From positions 6,234 through 70,233 of the forward strand of contig NW_021835968.1 of NCBI RefSeq assembly GCF_006345805.1: a DNA stretch of 64,000 bases, read 5' to 3'. The position numbers and the translations under genes were made by a program. Shown here piece after piece: positions 25,079 to 36,685 of the stretch. This DNA is from Octopus sinensis (taxonomy: Eukaryota). The notes under the pieces were generated by a model. The model saw only the letters and a program-made list of their open reading frames with translations. It was not told where the DNA came from and made no database searches. Position 1 is the stretch's first letter; the number at the start of each line of letters is the position of its first letter.

Positions 25079-25306
25079 TTAACCCTTTTGTTACCATATT
25101 TATTTTGAGATGCTCTGTGTTTCTTTAAATTACTTTAAATATAACAAAGAATTTAGTAAAATAACTTAGTTATCATTTAGCTAGTGTTAGGAACATAAAT
25201 TCTGACTAAGGTTTGGCGGAAGATTTTAATTCAAAACTTATGAAAACAAGACATTTGTACTCAGAGCCAGAGGCAGTTTCAGCCAGGTTGGAAATGAAAG
25301 GGTTAA
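25079..25306. mobile_element. TTAA MITE family 2, complete
   Basis: TTAA-CCCTTTTGTTACCA ... TGGAAATGAAAGGG-TTAA, with TTAA at 25079-82 and 25303-06. Confidence 0.82.
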
Positions 25307-25744
25307 AGGACTTCGCCAAACAAATTGCTCCCAATACTTAAGGATTTCCAAACTGCTAACTTATTAAGACATAAACAAACTAACATCTATTATCAAGCAC
25401 AGGCACAAAAACACACATTGCGTACATCATCATATTCATCATTGTTATAACATCTACCTTTCTATCTACAATTTTGTCTCTCAAGATCACTCACAAGGCA
25501 TTGGTTGACCCAGGGCTAAAGTAAGAGAAACTTCAACCCCATCCCAAGGTAGTGTTGTGCAGTGGGACTAAATCCCAAAACACATGATTGCAAAATGAGC
25601 TTCTGAATCACTCTACTAAGAGCTGGAAAAAAACATAGTTTTTACCATTCCATTTATAGATTGTATTTGCAAAGTGTGTCTGCTAATCACATTCCTCATC
25701 TGAAACCTCAGATTAAAAAAGAATTATCTTTATTTTTTTTATTC

Positions 25745-26160
25745 TTTTACTTGTTTCAGTCATTTGACTGTGACCATACTAGTGCACCACTTTGAAGGTT
25801 TTTTTTTAGTCGAACAAATTGACCCCAGGACTTATTTCTTAAGCCATGTACTTATTCTGTTGGTCTCTTTTGCTGAACTGCTAAGTTATGGGGATGTAAA
25901 CTGACCAACACCGTTGTCAAGCGGTGATGGGGGGGACAATCACAGACACAAAGACACACACACACATACACACACATATATATAGATATAGGTATAGATA
26001 TATATGACAGTCTTCTTTCAGTTTCCATTTACCAAATCCACTCACAAGGCTTAGGTCGGCCTAAGGCTATAGTAGAGGACATTTGCCCAAGGTGCCTTGC
26101 AGTGTGGCTGAACCCAGAACCATGTGGTGGGAAGCAAGCTTCTTACCACACTGCCACACC
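25745..26160 (-). mobile_element. SINE family A
   Basis: Tail-to-head match to the family A copies. Confidence 0.82.
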
Positions 26161-26182
26161 TATATCTTAGGTATTTACTAAC

Positions 26183-26232
26183 AAAGCCAAATGCACCAAT
26201 TATTATCATAGCCATAAACATGAACTTATTAA
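26183..26232 (-). CDS. Candidate 50-nt exon: (V)NKFMFMAMIIIGAFGF
   Basis: Pyrimidine-rich acceptor CTTCTTTCTCTACACAG and donor TTT|GTTAGT; only the phase-1 frame is open. Hydrophobic, but AT-rich DNA yields such peptides by chance. Confidence 0.22.
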
Positions 26233-26454
26233 CTGTGTAGAGAAAGAAGCTGATGGTTTCAATGCAGCTGTCCACGAATATTCTCTTTCTTACTGGTTTT
26301 TGAAGGAAATATTTACAGCTGACCTCTAGAACTGTTCCATAGTTTTCTATGTATCTATATATATATATCAATATTTTTATTAGTCATAGCGAGACTAATA
26401 ACCTGGTGTAGAACAATGTTAAATGAGTATTAGAGTGGTAATAGAAACAAAAGG

Positions 26455-26653
26455 ATGACACTGGAAAAAAACAAATGTTATGCAATGAACTGCATTAGCG
26501 TACAGCTGTTTCCGCCATAAGATGTGGTGGACTCTTAGTTGAGTACCAGGATAACATCTTATAGCTTCATCAGAGCTTTGAATATGAAGTGGACTTTATA
26601 GCAGAAACAGCCAATGAAGTTAATTACATAACAATTGTTTTTTCCAGTGTCAT
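26455..26653 (-). mobile_element. Fold-back element with imperfect terminal inverted repeats and a hammerhead module
   Basis: ATGACACTGGAAAAAAACAAATGTTATGCAATGAACT (26455-) is the near reverse complement of AGTTAATTACATAACAATTGTTTTTTCCAGTGTCAT (-26653). The inversion extends inward through GCTGTTTC.GC.ATAA. Confidence 0.78.
26495..26578 (-). ncRNA. Type I hammerhead ribozyme motif with a degenerate helix I
   Basis: On the minus strand: CTGATGA (26573-26567), 11-bp helix II GCTATAAGATG/CATCTTATGGC, GAAA (26512-26509), palindromic helix III ACAGCTGT, GUA cleavage triplet. Helix I pairs at only about 3 bp. Confidence 0.62.
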
Positions 26654-27004
26654 ACATATATGGCCTGAAAGTTGCAAAGGGGTCTGAAATTTTAATAAAT
26701 TTGCTTTAATTGCATTTTTGTTAATTGTAGTTTATAAGATGTACATGCATTTCCTATATGTATGTATATATATACATCATCATCATCATCATCATCGTTT
26801 AACGTCCGTTCTCCATGCTAGCATGGGTTGGACGGTTCGACCGGGGATCTGGGAAGCCAGAACGCTGCACCAGGCTCCAGTCTTATCTGGCAGTGTTTCT
26901 ACAGCTGGATGCCCTTCCTAACGCCAACCACTCCGTGAGTGTAGTGGGTGCTTTTTACGTGCCACCTGCAATATATATATATATGTGTGTGTATATATAT
27001 ATAT

Positions 27005-27177
27005 ATAGGGAGAGTTTACGAAAAAAACAAAAGACGAAGACAGGTGGTGTACAAAACAAACGCTCAGGAATAGAAAAAGTCTTTTACGTTTCGAGCCTAC
27101 GCTCTTCTACAGAAAGGGACACAGAAAAAACAAGGAGAGAAAAAAATGTGTGTAGTGGCTAACGATCTATCATGGCG

Positions 27178-27180
<3 letters not shown>
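27005..27180 (-). mobile_element. Penelope-like terminal fragment in (TA)n with a minimal hammerhead-like motif
   Basis: Minus strand TTT-CTGTAGA-A-GAGC-GTAG-GCTC-GAAA-CGT-A-AAAG (27083-27115). A related fragment in the opposite orientation lies at about 21846-21950. Confidence 0.5.
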
Positions 27181-27212
<32 letters not shown>

Positions 27213-27557
27213 ATATATATAATATATATATATATATGTATATGCTGCTAAGGTATTGTAAATTTAAAATAGAACATAAATTATTAACACCTTTGAATTT
27301 CAGGCCACCCTCTGTATGTGTGTGTGTGTGATTTCTCTTTAAGTATATGTTTGTGTGTATGCTATAAGCACTCACATGCTTGTGTGTATGAATGTATGTA
27401 CATATGATCATTCCAGGAAAGTTAAATGAAGAATTTTTGGAATGTTTTACAAATCATTACTATACCACCAGCTGCATAACCTTGTGGTTCCATGATAAGA
27501 GGTACAAATGAAAATCTATAGCCTATATGTATGTATGTATGTGTTTGGTTATATATG

Positions 27558-27642
<85 letters not shown>

Positions 27643-27923
27643 ATATAAATGCACACATACATAGCTTACATGCATGATTACATACATACTTTCTGTGAAC
27701 TCTTAGTTATATTGGTTTGGTTATCTCCTGTATTTACACAACAATAACAAAATACCAAAGAGCCCCTTTTTCCCCCCTACATTCTGGAAATAACAGAGTA
27801 GGGAGTGCCTTCCGTAAAGTATTAAGATAAAATGTAATCCAATTTCTAGGCTGTTAGACAAGGATCAGTATAACCATGTATTATATATAAATGAAAACAA
27901 AGGTAGAACGCTATGAATGAAAA

Positions 27924-27956
<33 letters not shown>

Positions 27957-28445
27957 AAATAGAAAGGTGTTTTGATCATGGTCTTGATATGTCTTTGATC
28001 GTAGATCTACTATACCAGGGTTGACCTGGGGTTAAATAATTACAACTTAACAAAAAATTGAACGTCAACTGTACTGATCTTGCCAGTTTGGTATGGGGTC
28101 ATGGATGAAATATAAACATTGTTTCAAACAGGTTTTTTTCAGACAAACTCTCTTTCAAACAAGTATTGTCTCAAACAGACAATGTCTTAAACAAAACGTA
28201 TTAAACATTGCCTCTAACAAATATTGTATCAAACATTGACACAGACATTACCTCAAACAAGCCTTTTTTTTCTTTTCTAAATCTTATATAATTTTCTTCT
28301 GGTTCACCTTCTTCTCTCTTGCTCTCTCTCTCTCTTTTCTCTCACACATACACACACCCACACACACATGTATATAAGTACACAGTGCTAACCAAATATG
28401 CTACATGTATGTGTGTATGTATATATATATATTATAGATATATTC

Positions 28446-28647
28446 TTTGACTACGGCCATGCTGAAGCACCACTTTAAAGGGTTGTAGTTGAAACTGACC
28501 CTAGGACTTATTCTCTGTTAGTCTAATATTTCTTTTATCGGTTTCTTTTGCCAAACCGCTAAGTTATGGGGGACATAAACACACCGACATTCGTTGTCAA
28601 GTGATGGTGGGGGACAAACACAGACAAAGACACGCACACACTCGCAT

Positions 28648-28691
<44 letters not shown>

Positions 28692-28842
28692 TATATATAC
28701 ATACATACATATACATATACACAACAGGCTTCTTTTAGTTTCCCTCTATCAAGGCTTTGGTCATCTGTTGCTATAGTAAAAGACACTTGCCCAAGGTGTC
28801 ATGCAGTGGAACTGAACCAGAACCATGTGGTTGGGAAGCAAT
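28446..28842 (-). mobile_element. SINE family A (diverged)
   Basis: Family A tail, body and partial head. Confidence 0.75.
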
Positions 28843-28846
28843 GCTT

Positions 28847-28877
<31 letters not shown>

Positions 28878-28903
28878 ATCGCACGCATACCTTTCTAAGT
28901 AAG

Positions 28904-28947
<44 letters not shown>

Positions 28948-28953
<6 letters not shown>

Positions 28954-29542
28954 TAGAAAAAAACCCACCTTTTATCAATTCAAAATGAATAATTAAATTA
29001 CACCATCTAGAAACTTACATATAATAGAAAAGTTAAAATTAAAATAATTACTCTTTTACTTGTTTCAGTCATTTTGACTGCGGCCATGCTGGAGCACCGC
29101 CCTTATTCAAGCAAATCGACTCCGAGTTTTATCCTTTGTAAGCCCAGTACTTACTCTATCGGTCTCTTTTGCCGAACCACTAAGTGACGGGATGTAAACA
29201 CACCAGCATCGGTTGTCAAGCAATGCTAGGGGGACAAACACACACATACATATATATATGTACATATATACGACAGGCTTCTTTCAGTTTCCGTCTACCA
29301 AATCCACTCACAAGGCATTGGTCGGCCCGGGGCTATAGCAGAAGACACTTGCCCAAGATGCCACGCAGTGGGACTGAACCCGGGACCATGTGGTTGGTTA
29401 GCAAGCTACTTACCACACAGCCACTCCTACACCTATGTATTATGTTATTTTAATTTTAACTTTTCTATTATATGTAATTTTCTAGATGGTGTAATTTAAT
29501 TATTCATTTTGAATTGATAAAAGGTGGTTTTTTCTAATATTT
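28948..29542. mobile_element. Fold-back element with arms of about 100 bp, split at its centre by a SINE A insertion (29049-29433, minus strand)
   Basis: 28948-29047 is the near-perfect reverse complement of 29445-29542; both outer ends abut (TA)n. Confidence 0.82.
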
Positions 29543-29635
29543 AATATATATTATATTTTGTGGAATTTGATTTAGTATTTCTAATTTGAATTCTTTTTCC
29601 TTATAAGTTTGGATTTTATTCCCTCAAATAATAAT

Positions 29636-29676
<41 letters not shown>

Positions 29677-29746
29677 GTATATGTGTATATATGTATATAT
29701 ATATATATGTATATGTATAATATATGTATGTATGTATATATGTATG

Positions 29747-29788
<42 letters not shown>

Positions 29789-29969
29789 TAATGTATATAT
29801 GCATATACATGTATATATGTATATATTTGTTTTTTTTTATGTTTTCGTTTCTTATTGTGTTCTAACGTTTTTTTCTGGGGCCCTGTACCCATATATAATG
29901 TATATATACATATAGATGTAGGTATGTACATATATGTTTGTACATGCATATGTTTTATTTATTATTTTG

Positions 29970-30032
<63 letters not shown>

Positions 30033-30279
30033 TGTATATACACATATTGTGCTTGTGTATGTGTGTGTGTGGTATATAATTTTCTATTAGTTAAGCCCAT
30101 CTCTCTGAACATGAGATAAATGGAGATAACAACCTCATCTACCAGCTGAACAACTTCCCTGGTTACAACAACAATAATTCTACTAATCTATCCTAGTCCC
30201 CCCCCCATCACCGCCTCCAAATCAACTTCTGTTCACTTTTAACTTCTCTCATCTCTCTCCTCCTCTTCCCTCACTCCTT

Positions 30280-31860
30280 GTTGTGATTGATGGTGGCAGC
30301 AGTGGTGGTGATGGTGGGAGGTTTGGAACTTTGTAATTTTTTTTTGCTATCACAACCACTACATACTTTTAACACCACCACCACTACAATTACTACTACT
30401 CTCACTACCACCACTACTACTACTAATACTACCCATCACTACCACTGTTACTACTACCACCACTACCACAACGTACAACCACTATCTCTATCATCACTGC
30501 TGCCATTGCCATTACCCACCACCACTAGCTACATTCACCATGCCCACCACCTCTTAATTTAACCCTCACCACAATACCACTTATCATTATGCCAGCACTA
30601 TTAACAGCATCAGTGATTTGCTCCACCCCCATCAGCGTCCCCACCTTACACACTCTCAGCACTACACCCCTCCCCATCATTCTTTCTTTTCCCCTCCCCT
30701 CCAAACACCACTACCACTTCCTTACCATCTCCCACTACTGCTACTACTACCTCCAGTTGAAATCCACACCTGGTACTAGTATAGGCTGCCACCACTACAG
30801 GGATGAGGTGCACTCTGACCCCCTCTCCCTCATCTCCATCGACACTCAATCCCAAATGTTTACTACCAAAACCACCACTACTACTACCACCACCAGTAGT
30901 ACTATCATCATCATCACCACCACCACCACCACCACCACCACCACCACTACTACTACTTCTACTACACCAGCCATCACCACTCTCTCACCTCCATCCATCA
31001 CTGTTTTACCAACAGCATTTCTAACTGAGCAGTTATCTCAATCATGACCACCACCACTGACTACCACCTCTTCATCTCCTACCCATTCTACAGCCATAAT
31101 TTCCCATCTAACACCACCACCACTATCAATACCATAACTACCACCACAACTGCCACATTAATCACCACCACCGCCTAATTATACCAGCATTTCTCCTCTC
31201 ACCCCTACTACTTCCTCCCATCATCTCACCACTCCCCCCTCTATAACCCTAACGACCTCCCCTGCCACGCGTGGCTTCTGATCTTGTTAGGAGCAACACT
31301 AAAACTCCCTTGAAAGAATTATATAGTGTGAGCCTAGGTGCACTAGGACACTGAAACATCTTTGATGGGATCTGCTCAGTCAGGGCTGAGCTGGCCTCAA
31401 CAATGTTACCATTGCAACCACTACCAACACCACCACTATCACCAACACCAACACTGCCACTACTAGCAACCACTGCTATCCTCAAAACACCATAACCACG
31501 AGCACCACTTCAATCAATAATACTACATTCAATACTACTACTACCACCACTGCTACTACTATCACACCTATCATCATCACCACTACCATTTTCACTATTG
31601 TTACCACCACCAATACCACTCCTAAAGCCTCTCCTACCTCTACTATTGTTTCTATCAACCTGGTTAACACCTCCACTACCACTACCTATACCACTGTTAT
31701 CCCTATCACCCTCTTCATTCCCATCTCCAACAGCCCCAACACATCACCATCATCATCAACATCACTACTACCACTCCTATAACCTCAGCACTATCACCAC
31801 TGTTTTCCTCACCACCACCTTCACCATTCTTTCAACCACCAACAACAACAACAACAAAAT
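30280..31860. repeat. Cryptic triplet-repeat region (ACC/ACT/ATC)n
   Basis: Runs of CAC/CAT/TAC triplets; the source of the poly-T/H/P/V ORFs. Confidence 0.8.
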
Positions 31861-32244
31861 TATGATTAATCTGTCAGAAATATTCTGTGGTTTTTGAGGT
31901 CTGGATAAAGCTAGAGGTTGGTTAGAAACTTGATCTTAATTCTGGTGATTTTTATGATTATTTTTGGTCATACAATTATTATTTTGTTTTCAGCAGTGTG
32001 AGTGCAGGGATGGCGCAGGAATGGTATATGGTTGGTTTAAGAATATTAAATATACTTTAGGAATATAAAGTGTTCTTTACAACAGAGAATATACTTAAGA
32101 ATAAAGATTGTTTTTTGGAATATAGACTGTTCTTTACTATATGGAATATACTTCAGAATATGTTGTTTTTTTTTATGTAGAATATATGTTTGAATATTGA
32201 ATATATTTTAGGAAAAAGCATATATTTTGGGAAATAGAACCATC

Positions 32245-32775
32245 ACCATCATCATCATCATCGTCATCATCGTTTAACATCCGTTTTCCATGCTAGCGTA
32301 GGTTGGATGGTTCGACTGGGGTCTGGGAAGCCAGGAGGCTGTGCCAGGCTCCAGTCTGATCTGGCAGTGTTTCTACAGCTGGATGCCCTTCCTAACGCCA
32401 ACCACTCTGTGAGTGTAGTGGGTGCTTTTTACTTGCCACCAGTACAGGGGCCAGAGGAGGCTGGCAATGGCCACAATTGGTTGGTGCTTTTTACGTATCA
32501 CCAACACGGATGCCAGTCAGGCAGCACTGGCATCAGCCACGTTTGGTTGGTGCTTTTTTCGTGCTACCAGCACGGGTATCATAACTACAATTTCCATTTG
32601 ATTTTTATTTTGATGTTGATGTTGACGTACTTGACTCAATAGGTCTCCTCAAGCACAGCGGGTCACTCTACGATCCAAGGTTAGCACAGCAGGCCGTCCT
32701 GCGAACCATGAACTCACTTCATTTGTCGGGTCTTCGCAGTCACAGCATATCTCAGACGTCTCGGTCTTTCGTCAT
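32245..32775 (-). mobile_element. 3' fragment of a related RTE subfamily, including the last ORF2 codons
   Basis: Minus strand GAGGAAATGACGAAAGACCGAGACGTCTGAGATATGCTGTG = EEMTKDRDV*RYAVTAKTRQMK*, followed by the RTE 3' UTR and a (GAT)n tail. Confidence 0.82.
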
Positions 32776-34366
32776 TTCCTCATTTCCTTGTGTTAATTTT
32801 TCCATGCTGGCATGGATTAGGCAGATCAACAGGATCTGGCAAGGTGGAGAGCTGCACAAGGGTCCAGTTGTCTGTTTTGGTATGGTTACTACAGCTGGAT
32901 GACCTCCCTAATGCCAGTCACTTTACAGCATGTACAGGGTGCTTTTATGTGGCACCGGCATGGGTGCTTTATAAGCATGGAGCTAGCATGAGTGCTTTTT
33001 TATGTGGCACTACCATTTGTGCTTTTTATGCAGCACCAGCATGTATTTTGGAATATAAAGTGCCGGTGACACATAAAAAGCATCATTCAAGCGTGGTTGA
33101 TGCGAGTGCCATCTGACTGGTCCTTGTGCCAGTGGGACATAAAAACACCCATTACACTCTCGGAATGATTGGCATTAGGAAGGGCATCCAGCTGTAGAAA
33201 CCTGAAACCATGCCAGATCAGATTGGAGCCTGGTGCAGCCTCCTGGTTTGCCAGTCCTCAGTCAAACTGTCCAAACCATGCCAGGATGGAAAGCAGAGGT
33301 TAAACAATGATGGTGATGATAAAAGTGTACTTTAAATGAAATACTTTTAGTATAGTACAGAGGATTTTTTTTATTTCTTGTGGAGTATCCTGGAGTAGAG
33401 AGGGCATGTCATAGATGAGGTTAGGAATAGTGATTAAAGGACTCTGACAACCTGATTGATTGATTGAGCAAATGGTTAATCAAACAATCATAACCAGGTG
33501 CAGACATGGCTGTGTGGTAAGAAGTTTGTTTCTCAACCACGTGGTTCTAGGTTCAGTTCTGCTGTGTGGCACCTTGGGCAAGTGTCTTATACTAACTTTG
33601 GACCAACTAAAGCCTTGTGAATGGATTTGGTAGCCAGAAACTGAAAGAAGCCTGCCATATATGTGTGTGTGTCCCACCACCATTGATAACAAATGTTGGT
33701 CTGTTTACACCCTTGTAACTTAGTTATATGGCAAAAGTGAACAATAGAGTGAGTACCAGACTTTAAAAAAAAAGTACTGGGTCAATTCATTCAACTAAAA
33801 TCCTTCAAGGTTGTAACCCAGCATGGCCACGGTCTAATGACAGACACATATAAAAGATTAAAGATTATAAAAGAAGTGAGTGGGCAGAAATGTTAGCATG
33901 CCTGGCAAAATGCTGAGCAGTATTTCATCTGTCTTTATGTTCTGAGTTCAAACTTCACCGAGGTCGATTTTGCCTTTCATCCTTTAGGGGTCGATAAATT
34001 AAGTACCAGTTGAATACTGTGATTGATCTAACCAACTGGCCCCCTCCCCCCAAATTTCGGGCCTTGTGCTTAGAGTAAAAAAGATTATTGGCAGAATATC
34101 CTTCCAAACGTGCAACAGAATTTGTTTCAATACGCAAGTTCACCTCAAGAATCTTGCAAACCAAATACTGGATAGAGAATACACTTTAGAATATGTTTTC
34201 AGGAATATAAAATATATTTTAGAATATGTTCTTTAGAATGGAGAATATATTTTGGAATAGAGCTTCCTTTGGAATATGGTATATTTTCAGAGTATAGAAT
34301 ATTTTAAAAAACACAGTGCTTTAGAATATTGAATATACTTTGGAATGCATGCATTGTATTCTCATA

Positions 34367-34399
<33 letters not shown>

Positions 34400-34754
34400 A
34401 TATGTATGTAAAATATACATATATACAGAAAGCAAAAGAGGGAGATAGATACATAGATTAATACATGTGTTTATAGACTGATATGATATAAAGATACATA
34501 GATATGTGTGTTGTGTATATAGATATGTGTGTGCATATATATATATACATATATATATATATAAAATATATATGTATATATAAAATACAGTGTACATTTA
34601 AACACATAAGAGGCATCCATCATTAGGACTCCTTGTACGCTAGAGAGAACTGTTAATATATAAATCTATATATATATATATATATGTAGGTCCCGGGTTG
34701 ATTCGGGGTTAACCACAGTAAATAAGGTACTCAATACATAGCAGAGTAAAATTA

Positions 34755-34884
34755 ATTTATTATATAGAAGGAGCTTCTACAGGACTAGAACTGTTTCATT
34801 CAAGAGAAATCTTCAGGATTTGAGCTTCCTGAAGATTTCTCTTGAATGAAACAGTTCTAGTCCTGTAGAAGCTCCTTCTATATA

Positions 34885-34890
<6 letters not shown>
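34755..34890. repeat. Perfect 64-bp-arm hairpin with an 8-nt loop; arms carry a hammerhead-like core
   Basis: 34755-34818 is the exact reverse complement of 34827-34890; loop TTTGAGCT. The right arm contains CTGAAGA (34829-35), GAAA (34848-51) and GTC (34860-62). Confidence 0.9.
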
Positions 34891-34937
<47 letters not shown>

Positions 34938-36089
34938 TAAATATTTATAGATGCATCTGTAGAGGCATTATATTTATGTGCATACACACACACATATACA
35001 CATATATATTCTTTAGAAGTCCATGTGTTGACTTTTACTATCACATTAACTTTCTCATAGAGTTCCACTGTTCAGCTACAAACTATTGAATAATATTAAA
35101 ATTCCTTTGTTCTCTTCTTGAACTTATGGAGTTAGTGAAGAATATAAAATTTGGTCTGCTGAAGAAATAAGGTATAAGGAGACTTAAAGAGAGTTCATTC
35201 ATAAAAGTTTCTATGAGTTTTTATAGCAGATTAGGTTCAATAAAGGTCAAGTTGAAGTTAAACTAATGTCTAGTGTTTAGTAGTAGATTTCGTTTTATAG
35301 CTAGGCCTACGTGTGTATAGCATCTATGTGTTTTTGTGTGTTTGTAAGTGTGTATGTATATATACACACACACACGCACATATATACAGAGAGAAAGATG
35401 TATGTGTATATATCTGCACACATATAGACATGACTGGCAGCCACACAGTTTCTGTCAGCCAAATTCACTCTGATGGCATTTGTCAGCTTGAAGACATTTG
35501 CCTAAGTTGCCACGCAGTGAAACTGAACCCGAAACATGTGTCTGAGAAGCTTTTTAACCACACAACCAGAACTGCTGTGTATAAGATGTGTATATACACA
35601 ATATGTGTGTGTGTGTTTGTGTGTGTGTATATACATACATACATACATATGTGTATGTGTGCCCCAGCATGGCCGCGGCCTTCGGGCTAAAACATTTTTA
35701 AGGATTTAAGGATATATATATATATATATATATATATTGATAAAACGGTAAGATAACAAAAGAAAGAAAGAGACCTCAATATTATGTAAATAGAGGAAAT
35801 TTATCTATACAATATGTTACATTACTCGGTAGTCAAGATAAAACTCTGAGTTTCAGATGCCGAAGTGGAAATCCACAACACCATCTCTTCGGTTATCTGG
35901 CTATTTGAAAACGTTATGAAAAAATACCGTTAAAAATGAAGGGAAATTACTCTGTTATAACTCTGCTTTGCCTGCGTACTTATACATCGCTCGCGTTTTT
36001 CGTCATAAAAATTATATAAAAATACATAAAAATATATAAAAATATATAAAATATATAAAATCTTCTTGGGACATAACACAGAAAGCAGT

Positions 36090-36547
36090 CTATCCGTTTT
36101 CTTTAGGGGACCAAAAACGTAACAGAAATTTAGTCACATGTGGGCATGATCCGAAAAGCTCTGTCCTTGTATTTAGACATGTGGTAGGGTCTAAGCTGCT
36201 TTTCCAGATAAGCCATCTCTCCATGTCGCATAAACCGCACCTTCCGCTGCCGTTAGTGTAGGGCTTACATCTGGCCAAAATCTTCCATTGTATGTTATAA
36301 TCGACACCTTTATCTCTTAAAGACCAAATATGATTGGATAATTGTGTCGCTTTTCTTTTGTTCCAGTGCCTAAAGCTCAAAGTGTGGTTATTGAACCTGG
36401 CCTTGAAATTACCCTCTGTCAGGCCCACGTATTTCTTCGTCGAAACGGTGTCTTTAGTGTTATAGAGTTTACGGTAGCTTCATATATGATGGTCTTGGAC
36501 ATGCAAGCTCCATTTAGCAGGCACAATTCTTTATTCCTGCATGAACA
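36090..36547 (-). pseudogene. GIY-YIG endonuclease of a Penelope-like element (probably Naiad clade)
   Basis: CSCRNKELCLLNGAC (CxC-x5-C-x5-C), TIIYEATV, 1-bp frameshift at about 36460-36466, then KKYVGLTEGNFKARFNNH...LSNHIW...CGLCDMER...LNTRTELFGSCPH. The Naiad assignment rests on a recalled motif. Confidence 0.88.
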
Positions 36548-36552
36548 TAGCC

Positions 36553-36615
36553 AGATAACCGAAGAGATGGTGTTGTGGATTTCCACTTCGGCATCTGAAA
36601 CTCAGAGTTTTATCT
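36553..36615 (+). ncRNA. Variant type I hammerhead motif (mirror copy at 35836-35898, minus strand)
   Basis: Helix I AGATAA/TTATCT; core CCGAAGA (U4C); helix II GATG/CATC plus one extra T; GAAA (36597-36600); near-palindromic helix III ACTCAGAGT; GUU cleavage triplet. Confidence 0.55.
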
Positions 36616-36644
36616 TGACTACCGAGTAATGTAACATATTGTAT

Positions 36645-36685
<41 letters not shown>

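Larger units (their letters stand above)
35738..36649 (-). mobile_element. 5'-truncated Penelope-like element with an inverted copy of its pLTR segment
   Basis: GIY-YIG remnant plus a perfect 103-bp inverted repeat (35802-35904 / 36547-36649); both ends sit in (TA)n. Confidence 0.9.
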
